In this document: one piece after another, positions 1 through 7,955 of the stretch
Layout: the number at the start of each line of letters is the position of its first letter
How positions within the stretch are numbered: position 1 is the stretch's first letter
Source of the DNA: an uncultured Gammaproteobacteria bacterium
GTDB taxonomy: Bacteria; Pseudomonadota; Gammaproteobacteria; GCA-002705445; GCA-002716945
DNA: 49,809 nucleotides
Assembly: GCA_913048065.1 (NCBI GenBank)
Contig: CAJWVG010000003.1
Location: forward strand, 1 to 49,809
Direction: 5' to 3'
Position numbers and translations under genes: made by a program
The notes under the pieces: generated by a model
Database searches by the model: none
The model's input: the letters and a program-made list of their open reading frames with translations, nothing else
What the model was told of the DNA's origin: nothing

Positions 1-1600
1 CAACATTCTCAAGATCTTCCTCTAATATTCCTAGTAACTCTAATCCTCTTTTCAAGCCATTACCATTAGTCATATAGTTTGTACCAATACCACCAACATA
101 ATCATCCATTATCTTTTGTAGTCTTTGTAGACCTTGAATTGGAAGAATATAACTTGGAGAAACTGTACCAGCCGTAATTTCGTTACGACCAACTGTATAA
201 TTCTCAAGAGGTTTATAAATTATCTCTTTAAATTTTTCACATTGTTTTTCAGTCACAGATATACCATTGGCTTTTCCATCATTAATATATTGAACTGCTG
301 CTTTAGCACATAGTCTTCCTTCTGTGAATGATCCTGAAGAAAACGCATGTGCAGTTCCACCAGCTGCGTCTCCAGCTGCGAAAAGACCATCAATAGTCAT
401 CATTCTGTTATATCCCCAAAAGTATTCTGGAATACCTCCTGAGATATCTTCAGGACCACTGACCCATGCACCAGAGCATGTCGCATGTGAACCCATTACA
501 TACGGTTCAGATGTGGTTAATTCAGGGTTTTGGTATTTTGGATCAATATCTTGAGAAGCCCAAACAACTGCTTGTCCAACAGTCATACCTAAGAAATTTT
601 CCCATCCAATTACTTCAAGATGAGGGTCTTGAAATGCTTCCATTGTAACCATATGGATAGGTCCTCTTCCAGCTGCTGTTTCTTGTATGAATGCATGATT
701 TCGTAAACATGTTGGTGTTGGTATATGATCTATATATTCACCAACCATTTCTTTAGTTTGGTCATACCATGTTTTTTCATAGTTATCCCCATTTGCGTTT
801 TGTGTATATGTTTTAAGATGTAAGAAATAAGCCCCTACTGGTCCATAACCATCTTTAAATCTTGTTAAAACGATACGGTTTTCCATTTGCGTCATTTTGG
901 CGCCAACGGCTATTGGTAATGCATAGGCAGAACCGTTGCTCCACGGAGCGTACCAAGTACGTCCCATGCCTTCACCGACTGCACGTGGCTTAAATATATG
1001 TGATGCTCCACCAGCTGCACAAATTACAGCTTTTGCTCGAAAGACATAGTGGTCACCTGTACGCATGTTAAAGCCTGTAGCACCTCCAACACGGTTATCG
1101 TTTGTTTCATCCATTAACAAATGAGTTATCATAACCCTATTGTAAATTTTATCTGCAGATTTTTTTGCTGCTTCAGCAACAATTGGTTTGTAGCTTTCAC
1201 CGTGTATCATAATCTGCCACTTTCCTTCTCTCTGATACTGTCCCGTTTTTTCATTACGCATTAATGGTAATCCCCATTCTTCGAACATATGTACACATGA
1301 ATCTACATGGCGAGCCATATCATAAGCCAAATCCTCACGGACCATTCCCATTAAGTCATTTCTTGCATACCTTACATGGTCTTCGGGTTGATTCTCATCC
1401 CATTGCATACCCATATAACAGTTGATTGCATATAAACCTTGAGCAACTGCACCACTCCGATCTATATTTGCTTTTTCTGCACAAATGATTTTCATGTCAC
1501 GGCCCCAATACCTTGCTTCAAAAGTGGCACCAGTTCCAGCCATACCACCACCAACGACTAAGATGTCGCAATCTTCATAATGTGTTTTGTAATTAGCCAT
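1..1600 (-). CDS. aprA: Adenylylsulfate (APS) reductase alpha subunit, 3'-truncated by the window edge
   Basis: Not in the ORF track; read manually from ATG at 1598-1600 (TAATG overlap with the aprB stop): MANYKTHYEDCDILVVGGGMAGTG (FAD-binding)...KANIDRSGAVAQGLYAINCY...WQIMIHGESYKPIVAEAAK...TRFKDGYGPVGAYFLHLK...AHAFSSGSFTEGR; frame open to position 2. Confidence 0.97.
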   Translation of the reverse strand, partial: MANYKTHYEDCDILVVGGGMAGTGATFEARYWGRDMKIICAEKANIDRSGAVAQGLYAINCYMGMQWDENQPEDHVRYARNDLMGMVREDLAYDMARHVDSCVHMFEEWGLPLMRNEKTGQYQREGKWQIMIHGESYKPIVAEAAKKSADKIYNRVMITHLLMDETNDNRVGGATGFNMRTGDHYVFRAKAVICAAGGASHIFKPRAVGEGMGRTWYAPWSNGSAYALPIAVGAKMTQMENRIVLTRFKDGYGPVGAYFLHLKTYTQNANGDNYEKTWYDQTKEMVGEYIDHIPTPTCLRNHAFIQETAAGRGPIHMVTMEAFQDPHLEVIGWENFLGMTVGQAVVWASQDIDPKYQNPELTTSEPYVMGSHATCSGAWVSGPEDISGGIPEYFWGYNRMMTIDGLFAAGDAAGGTAHAFSSGSFTEGRLCAKAAVQYINDGKANGISVTEKQCEKFKEIIYKPLENYTVGRNEITAGTVSPSYILPIQGLQRLQKIMDDYVGGIGTNYMTNGNGLKRGLELLGILEEDLENV

Positions 1601-2091
1601 TAGTAGTATACTCCTTGTTTAAGTTTCCCAACTTTTTCCATTACAGGAAGACCTGTGTTTGATACTGGAACTTTGCCAGTTTTTAAATATGTTGGCTCGC
1701 CATATAATGTATTGTTTGCATGTGCTTCTTTGTTTGGGACATCTTTCTCTGCTAAATGAGGTATATGTTTGCCCCATGGCTTAGTTGTAATTGGTGATAC
1801 GAAGCTTTTCATATGACCATTTCTAAATTTAATTTTCCAACTTATAACACCTTTTTCTTCTTCTCTAAGAACACGTACTTTGTGTCCCATTGGTGCAAAA
1901 TCAGCATACCCGCGAACATCAATAGCATTTTGTGGGCAAGCTTTAACGCACGAATAGCATTCCCAACAAAAATTTGGCTCTATATTCACTGCGCGTCGAA
2001 TGAGTTTATCGATATGCATAATATCTGATGGACAGATATCGACACAGTGTCCGCATCCATCGCATCTGGTCATATATACAAAAGTTGACAT
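1600..2091 (-). CDS. aprB: APS reductase beta subunit (2x[4Fe-4S])
   Basis: CDGCGHCVDICP and CWECYSCVKACP ferredoxin motifs, VRGYADFAP signature; GGAG RBS; directly upstream of aprA. Confidence 0.97.
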   Translation of the reverse strand: MSTFVYMTRCDGCGHCVDICPSDIMHIDKLIRRAVNIEPNFCWECYSCVKACPQNAIDVRGYADFAPMGHKVRVLREEEKGVISWKIKFRNGHMKSFVSPITTKPWGKHIPHLAEKDVPNKEAHANNTLYGEPTYLKTGKVPVSNTGLPVMEKVGKLKQGVYY

Positions 2092-2122
2092 AATTATTTC
2101 TCCGTTAATCTACTTAAATTCA

Positions 2123-2905
2123 TTAATAGTTTTGTGGCTCAGAACGTTTAATACCCAGACCATATTGTTTTGGTAAATCTGCTGGTTCAGGTAGGTCATC
2201 TCTTGATCCGTCTTCTTCAGCCAAGTGTTTTTGAATTGCAGCTCCTGGTTTATAAAACATATGGGCAAATTTAGACCAGTATACTCCACCGAATAGGACT
2301 ACATTAGAGATAACAAACAAGACGAAAAATAGAGTTGCTAAACCAATAGAATTTGATGCTTGAAAGAAAGACCATAATAAACCAAAAGTTGAAGTTGCCA
2401 CCAATGAAAGGACGAATAAGTCAGCAAAAACAATTCTGCTCCAACCATTTCCTTCCGCTCTTACGTCTACTCTTTGTACAAACCAAAACCAGTAACCACC
2501 TACACATGTCATTATTGCACCAACATGCCATAACAAAGGATAAAAAGTTGATGTAGATGCTGTGTTGAAAATCATCACTGCAGATGCTATCCAAAAAAAG
2601 ATGGTTCCATACATCCCTAATAAATGTGTAATTCTTCTTGTTACACCACAGAATTCTGCTGAAGTTGCAACATCATGAGCTAGTGTTTTTACTATGATTG
2701 AAACTTTTTTACCGGTTGCTACAGATTTGGTAGCTGACAGTTTAGCTTTTTTTGCATTCTCAAAAAAAAACTTAACATTCTTCTTATGCATCATATCCAG
2801 AAGAACGCCACCGATGGTAAATATAACCATGAGGATTAAGAATCCTTGTAATGCATAAGATGGTATATTCAGGACGTTTTCAGCAAATGGGTTAGTTGTT
2901 AACAT
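2123..2905 (-). CDS. aprM: APS reductase membrane anchor AprM
   Basis: About five hydrophobic segments, RRITHLLGMYGTI and WSKFAHMFYKP motifs, position upstream of aprBA; GGAG RBS. Confidence 0.9.
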   Translation of the reverse strand: MLTTNPFAENVLNIPSYALQGFLILMVIFTIGGVLLDMMHKKNVKFFFENAKKAKLSATKSVATGKKVSIIVKTLAHDVATSAEFCGVTRRITHLLGMYGTIFFWIASAVMIFNTASTSTFYPLLWHVGAIMTCVGGYWFWFVQRVDVRAEGNGWSRIVFADLFVLSLVATSTFGLLWSFFQASNSIGLATLFFVLFVISNVVLFGGVYWSKFAHMFYKPGAAIQKHLAEEDGSRDDLPEPADLPKQYGLGIKRSEPQNY

Positions 2906-2923
2906 AATTTCTCCGGATTTAAT

Positions 2924-3076
2924 TTATGCCTGCAGTTTTTGGCTCCTTTTAGATGACTTTACAGGGCCTTCAGTTATTTTTAAAAATTTTGGTAGAGATA
3001 TTTTGTCGTTCGTAAATGATGTAATGCCCTTACTTGTGACTGAGTTTCCTGTTACAGTTTTTTCTAACAATGGCAT
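2924..3076 (-). CDS. Unannotated small basic protein, 50 aa (MPLLEKTVTGNSVTSKGITSFTNDKISLPKFLKITEGPVKSSKRSQKLQA)
   Basis: Manually translated; strong AGGAGAG Shine-Dalgarno at 3081-3087 just upstream of the ATG; TAA at 2924-2926, 18 nt before the aprM start; below the ORF-track size cutoff. Confidence 0.6.
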   Translation of the reverse strand: MPLLEKTVTGNSVTSKGITSFTNDKISLPKFLKITEGPVKSSKRSQKLQA

Positions 3077-3110
3077 AAATCTCTCCTATTTAAATTCGTG
3101 CTTGTGAAGG

Positions 3111-3139
3111 ATTATAATATATTATTTATGTGTTTGGAA
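3111..3139 (-). promoter_or_regulatory. Putative sigma70 promoter for smallORF-aprMBA
   Basis: Minus-strand TATAAT at 3116-3111, weak -35 TTCCAA at 3139-3134, 17-nt spacer; adjacent 7-bp inverted repeat ACTTATT-AGAA-AATAAGT at 3142-3159. Confidence 0.45.
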
Positions 3140-3181
3140 TGACTTATTAGAAAATAAGTATATTCTTTTTAACCACATAAT

Positions 3182-4375
3182 CTAAAGGGATTGATAGTAC
3201 TTCATTAGTATTTCTGCGACTTCTTTTCTGGCAAATTCTGGAGGTAGCTCTTCTCCATTTGACAGCATTTCTCTAACTTTTGTTCCTGACAGTAATACAA
3301 AATCATCTTTGCTATGATCATCCACATCTCGCATCATGACAACTTCTTTTAATTTCTTTGAATATGCAGTGTGATCAGCAGAAAATATTTTTATTTTTAG
3401 TGAATTCTTGACTATATCTTGATTAAACATTTCTTGTGCCTCAAATGGGCCATAGTAATCCCCTACACCAGCATGATCTCGTCCAACTATGAGGTGAGAA
3501 CATCCGCAATTCTGACGAAATACAGCATGCAAGAGGGCTTCTCTTGGTCCTGCATAAAGCATATCAAACCCAAAACCTGAAATTATAACTGTATTTTCAG
3601 GAAAATAGAGCTCAACCATTTTTTCTATTGCTTCATTCCTAACATCACCAGGTATGTCACCATCTTTAAGTTTACCCAGAGTCATGTGTATTAGAACTCC
3701 ATCTGCTTTTAATCTTTCCAAAGCCATTTTACATAGTTCTTCATGGGCTCTATGCATAGGATTTCTGGTTTGAAATGCAACAGTAGTAGACCATCCTGCT
3801 TTATTAAGCATTTCCCTAATTTCGGGAGCAGTGGCAAAAGTTCCAGGAAAGTCTTTTGGAAAATAACTATAGTTTAAAACTTTAATTGGCCCAGAAACAA
3901 GTATATTACCTAGATTTAAAAAATTTGAAACGCCAGGATGCTTATTGTCTGTAGTACCAAAAATTTTCTCTGCTAAATTCAACATTTCACTATCAGTTAG
4001 GACTTCAATTGACTCTATAACTTGAGTGGCCATAACTGGTGTACCATCAACATTTGGGTCCAATAATGCTATTTCATCACTCTCTTTAATAGACCCTATA
4101 TCCGTAGTTAAGTTAATTATTGGTACCGGCCAAAATAATCCGTCAGTTGTAACCATATTGTTAGCAACACTAATTGCGTCTTTTTTATTCATGAAACCAT
4201 TTAGTGGTGTGAAATAACCAGCCCCTAACATAACAGTATTTGCTGCAGCTGCAGAATTAAGCAATAGTTGTGACAAGCTTGTAGACTGCTCCAAAATGGC
4301 ATCTCTTTCAGAAGAATCGTTGATAAATAAGGGTTTTAGGGTTTCAGATGCGTGTGGGGCTATCAAATTTTTCAT
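3182..4375 (-). CDS. sat: Sulfate adenylyltransferase (dissimilatory-type ATP sulfurylase)
   Basis: AFQTRNPMHRAHEEL, MLYAGPREALLHAVFRQNCGCSH, VGRDHAGVGDYYGPF, LSGTKVREML motifs. Confidence 0.97.
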   Translation of the reverse strand: MKNLIAPHASETLKPLFINDSSERDAILEQSTSLSQLLLNSAAAANTVMLGAGYFTPLNGFMNKKDAISVANNMVTTDGLFWPVPIINLTTDIGSIKESDEIALLDPNVDGTPVMATQVIESIEVLTDSEMLNLAEKIFGTTDNKHPGVSNFLNLGNILVSGPIKVLNYSYFPKDFPGTFATAPEIREMLNKAGWSTTVAFQTRNPMHRAHEELCKMALERLKADGVLIHMTLGKLKDGDIPGDVRNEAIEKMVELYFPENTVIISGFGFDMLYAGPREALLHAVFRQNCGCSHLIVGRDHAGVGDYYGPFEAQEMFNQDIVKNSLKIKIFSADHTAYSKKLKEVVMMRDVDDHSKDDFVLLSGTKVREMLSNGEELPPEFARKEVAEILMKYYQSL

Positions 4376-4407
4376 AAAATATCCATAAATATATAATTAA
4401 ATTCTCA

Positions 4408-4436
4408 TTGATGAACGACAAGACTAATACTATAAT
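4408..4436 (+). promoter_or_regulatory. Putative sigma70 promoter for the PEPCK-like gene
   Basis: TTGATG (4408-4413), 17-nt spacer, TATAAT (4431-4436) in the divergent sat intergenic region. Confidence 0.55.
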
Positions 4437-4535
4437 CAACGTTGCTTAAAAAATCAAAGGACTTTTAAGTTAAACATATTGGAAATGCAGCATTAGATTT
4501 GCGCAGATAAACTAAGAAAGAGGAATATGTAAATT

Positions 4536-6443
4536 ATGGAAAAAATACTAGAAGTAAGAGATGGGTGTACAACCCCATTACAACTACTAAAAAGTAAGGC
4601 TTTTGCACAATACTTGGATATTTACAAAAAGCAGTTCATTAAAGAATTAAAAAATCGTGAGAATACTGATCTTAAAGATGATGTTCTCCATAAAATTGAG
4701 TACATAGAGGGTATAGATGCAAACACCTATATTTCAATTATAGAGGGTGAAACTCCTTTCTCTGGAGATGAACTTAGAGATCATCGTGATTCAGTTAAAT
4801 TTATTGATGGAGCATTTCATCATTACAGAACAAAATCATATACTAGATTAGTAAGATTACATAATGAAGTTCTTGAAGAAGGCACAGATGCTGAAATGAT
4901 AAAAGATAAAGTGTCTCTTAAAGCTGATAAACTTTCTGAGCTCATCGTAGAAACAAGAAGAATTCTGCTTATCAGAGCTGGTCTTGGTGATGGAGTAAGA
5001 AGAACAAAAGGATTAGAATGTCATCCAAACGTTGCGGTTGGTGAAATATCGGGTCATTTTGTAAATCTACCTGGTGACTATTCAAATTTAAATCAGGTTC
5101 CAATGACAACGGCTGCAGATATGAGGACCGGAGTCTACTATACAACTCATGCAAATAAGAGGGCTTTTCCTTTTTTTGCTTTAGATCACAACCCGGTTAA
5201 AAATGACAAATTTATTCCAGAAGACTATGTCGCAATACCTTTTGAAATTGGTAAATGGAATATACTTTGCTATATTCATAAAACTAGGGGGTACATAGAA
5301 CTTGAACCCGGTCTGTTGAACTTATTCCCATTCTCTAAAGTAGAGAATATTACGAAAAAACAACCCGATGGTATTTTTGTTTTAGGTTGTCCAAATTCTA
5401 ATATGGATGATTTAGGTTACTTTCATGACAAGGAAAATAATATACTCGTTGGATTGATACCAGGTCTGGATGAATGTCAATACTTTGGGTATGGAAAAAA
5501 ACCAATGCTAACACTGCATAATGTTTTGTGTATTCTTAATGGAGATTTACCTCTTCATTGTGGTGCAACAAGATATGTTGTCAGATTTGATGAAAAAACA
5601 AATGAGCCATATATTTTTGACTCATTCATCAAAGCAGATGATATGGGTAGAGCTACATTGGAAAATGAAGTTCCAATGTTTTATGGGACAGAAACAGGCG
5701 CTTTTGCATGTTTGGATGGATTCAGTGAACACGCTAAAATGCAAATGGAAGGTCGTGAAATCGGCTATAACAAGCATTCTGGAACTAATGCAAGACAAAT
5801 TGTACCAGTTACTGAATACTCTGAGATATCTACAGGGTCTGAACTTGATATACTCCTATATCTGAATAATTATGAGTTAATGAAGCCAGGCGTTTCATGT
5901 ATGAAAACAGATATTACTCCAGATGAGGCGTTGGAAAGCTTTAGGAGTGGTGCAAGAGTTGCTGCAGGAAGTACACAAACACACCGTGGAGATGTGGAAA
6001 TTAGTTACTGGGCAAACCCATTTCCTTTACTAAAAGATAAAGAATGGAAAGTATTGCCTCAGCATGCTGACATATGTGAAACATTTGAAAAAATCGAAGA
6101 GAGATTCTGGAATAATTTCAAAGCACGCGCACAAAAAGGTAAAATGAAAATAGGACTAGCTCATAGCATGTTAATGGCTGGTGTCTACAAGGAAAGTAGT
6201 GATGATTTACTAAAGGAATGTGGTTTTGAAGACAGGGTTATGGTTGAGCATGAAGGACCAGAACGCGCAGCTCATGATATGATTGAGTTAATCAAAAATA
6301 CTGCAGTAGAAAAACGTAAAGCCATTGGCGATAAGAGCCTGAAAGAAGTTGATGTCACTGTTGCAACTATTGGTGATAGCCGAACTGGTAAATCAGAAAT
6401 GGCAGAGAAAATGGAAGGTGTATTAAATATGAGTCTTATATAA
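4536..6443 (+). CDS. PEP-carboxykinase-superfamily protein with C-terminally relocated P-loop (function unproven)
   Basis: PEPCK-like motifs in order: YFGYGKK (Y316), LPLHCGA (H341), IKADDMG (D368-D369), YGTETGAF, TNARQIVPV, SGARVAAGS, YWANPF; Walker A GDSRTGKS at residues 613-620 of 635. Confidence 0.7.
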   Translation: MEKILEVRDGCTTPLQLLKSKAFAQYLDIYKKQFIKELKNRENTDLKDDVLHKIEYIEGIDANTYISIIEGETPFSGDELRDHRDSVKFIDGAFHHYRTKSYTRLVRLHNEVLEEGTDAEMIKDKVSLKADKLSELIVETRRILLIRAGLGDGVRRTKGLECHPNVAVGEISGHFVNLPGDYSNLNQVPMTTAADMRTGVYYTTHANKRAFPFFALDHNPVKNDKFIPEDYVAIPFEIGKWNILCYIHKTRGYIELEPGLLNLFPFSKVENITKKQPDGIFVLGCPNSNMDDLGYFHDKENNILVGLIPGLDECQYFGYGKKPMLTLHNVLCILNGDLPLHCGATRYVVRFDEKTNEPYIFDSFIKADDMGRATLENEVPMFYGTETGAFACLDGFSEHAKMQMEGREIGYNKHSGTNARQIVPVTEYSEISTGSELDILLYLNNYELMKPGVSCMKTDITPDEALESFRSGARVAAGSTQTHRGDVEISYWANPFPLLKDKEWKVLPQHADICETFEKIEERFWNNFKARAQKGKMKIGLAHSMLMAGVYKESSDDLLKECGFEDRVMVEHEGPERAAHDMIELIKNTAVEKRKAIGDKSLKEVDVTVATIGDSRTGKSEMAEKMEGVLNMSLI

Positions 6444-6452
6444 GACTCATAT
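6427..6452. terminator. Perfect 26-bp palindrome between convergent genes, probable bidirectional terminator/hairpin
   Basis: ATATGAGTCTTAT/ATAAGACTCATAT is exactly self-complementary; spans the stop codon at 6441-6443 and ends 2 nt before the slyD stop; no clear U-tract. Confidence 0.5.
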
Positions 6453-6454
6453 CA

Positions 6455-6934
6455 CTAGCTATTGATAAGATTAAGTTTATCTTGCTCTCTATCATAGGGC
6501 GTAGATTCTCTAACGTCGAGAATCTTAATCTTATATAAAAGTGTTTTTCCAGAAAGATAATGATTACCATCTAGAGTGATTTCTTGATTGTTAATCTCAA
6601 TGACTCTAAAATCTTTTTTATTTCCTGACTCATTGACAAAAGCAATGGTCTCATCAACTTTTCTAAATTGTTTAGGTACATTTGATATCTTATCTTTGAT
6701 AATCAGTGATTCATCATATTCGCCAAAACCATCTTCTGGTCCGATCTTTATTTCAATATGGTCTCCTATAATTTTACCTTCAAGAGACTTTTCAATTTTA
6801 GGTAGCAATTTTTTTCCTTTTCCATGAATACATGATATGGGGCTATCAACCTTTTCAATAACTTTTGAGTGCTCATCATAAATTTCATACGTTAGGACCA
6901 CAAACATGTCTTTAGTAATTTTTTTTGAATTCAT
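6455..6934 (-). CDS. slyD: FKBP-type peptidyl-prolyl isomerase, SlyD-like, without His-rich tail
   Basis: IHGKGKKLLPKIEKSLEGK, PEDGFGEYD, LDGNHYLSGKTLLY motifs. Confidence 0.8.
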   Translation of the reverse strand: MNSKKITKDMFVVLTYEIYDEHSKVIEKVDSPISCIHGKGKKLLPKIEKSLEGKIIGDHIEIKIGPEDGFGEYDESLIIKDKISNVPKQFRKVDETIAFVNESGNKKDFRVIEINNQEITLDGNHYLSGKTLLYKIKILDVRESTPYDREQDKLNLINS

Positions 6935-7004
6935 ACTTTTCCTTAAATAGTTTGTACTATATTAATATTCTATAATAGAATTAACAATAATTCTTATAGA
7001 TACA

Positions 7005-7955
7005 ATGATGATGCAAAAATTAGGGAAAGTAACAATTTTAGGCGGTACAGGCTTCATAGGCTCTCAATTAGCTATCAAACTTTCCAAGCTATCGAGTAAT
7101 ATAGATGTTTTAACAAGAAATGCTGAGTCAAATCAGAGCTTAAAGATGATACCTAATCTTGAGATAAGGCAAATAGATGTTACGGATGAGAGGAATTTGA
7201 ATCTATGTTTTAAAGATTCTGATTTAGTGATTAATACTATAGGTATTTTGAATGAATTAGATGAAGATAATACATTTGATAATATACATCATGAACTTGC
7301 CAAAAAATTAACTAAAGCTTTAAACGCTAATAACATAAAAAGGTATCTCCATATGAGTTCTTTAAATGCTAATCCTAATGCACCAAGTAAATATCTGCAA
7401 TCAAAAGGACTTGCAGAAAATTATATTGAAGATAACTTAAGAGAGTTCTGTAATTACACAATTTTTCGACCTTCAATTGTATTTGGAGAAAAAGATTCCT
7501 TTTTTAATAAGTTTTCTACGTTATTAAAGATACTACCAATATTTCCACTAGCCTGCCCAGAATCGAAGTTTATGCCAATTTATGTTAATGATCTAACAGA
7601 ATTTATGATTGATTGTATTTTAAACCGTGAAACATTTAATAAGAAAATTGATGCCACAGGACCAAGAGAATATACGTTTCGTCAATTAATAGATTTAACA
7701 CTCAAATCATTACAAATAAAAAGATTGATAATACCGCTAAATTACACTCTCTCAAAATTACAAGCACAAGTGTTCCAAATATTGCCAGGAAAGTTATTTA
7801 CGGTCGATAATTTTAAATCATTGCAAATTGATAGTGTAAGCTCCACAGGTTTCAAAGGAAGTTCTTTGGTGGAAAATATTGTTCCAAGATATTTAAATGC
7901 ATCATATTCGCAACGACATTTTGAAAAATTAAGAAAAAAGTCAGGTAGAAAATAA
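7005..7955 (+). CDS. NAD-dependent epimerase/dehydratase, complex I NDUFA9 family
   Basis: [10 protein letters not shown] Rossmann motif, HMSSLNA, YLQSK (YxxxK), FRPSIVFG; usual position upstream of cca. Confidence 0.85.
   Translation: MMMQKLGKVTILGGTGFIGSQLAIKLSKLSSNIDVLTRNAESNQSLKMIPNLEIRQIDVTDERNLNLCFKDSDLVINTIGILNELDEDNTFDNIHHELAKKLTKALNANNIKRYLHMSSLNANPNAPSKYLQSKGLAENYIEDNLREFCNYTIFRPSIVFGEKDSFFNKFSTLLKILPIFPLACPESKFMPIYVNDLTEFMIDCILNRETFNKKIDATGPREYTFRQLIDLTLKSLQIKRLIIPLNYTLSKLQAQVFQILPGKLFTVDNFKSLQIDSVSSTGFKGSSLVENIVPRYLNASYSQRHFEKLRKKSGRK

Noticed and set aside
324-648. Plus-strand ORFs of 76 and 60 aa
   Set aside because: Antisense shadows of aprA, which the ORF track missed because it runs off the window edge.
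5521-5865. 114-aa alternative-frame ORF across the region where the PEPCK-like P-loop is missing (possible frameshift hiding the P-loop)
   Set aside because: It contains no GxxxxGK[ST], and the main frame stays open with family motifs on both sides, so a frameshift does not explain the missing P-loop.
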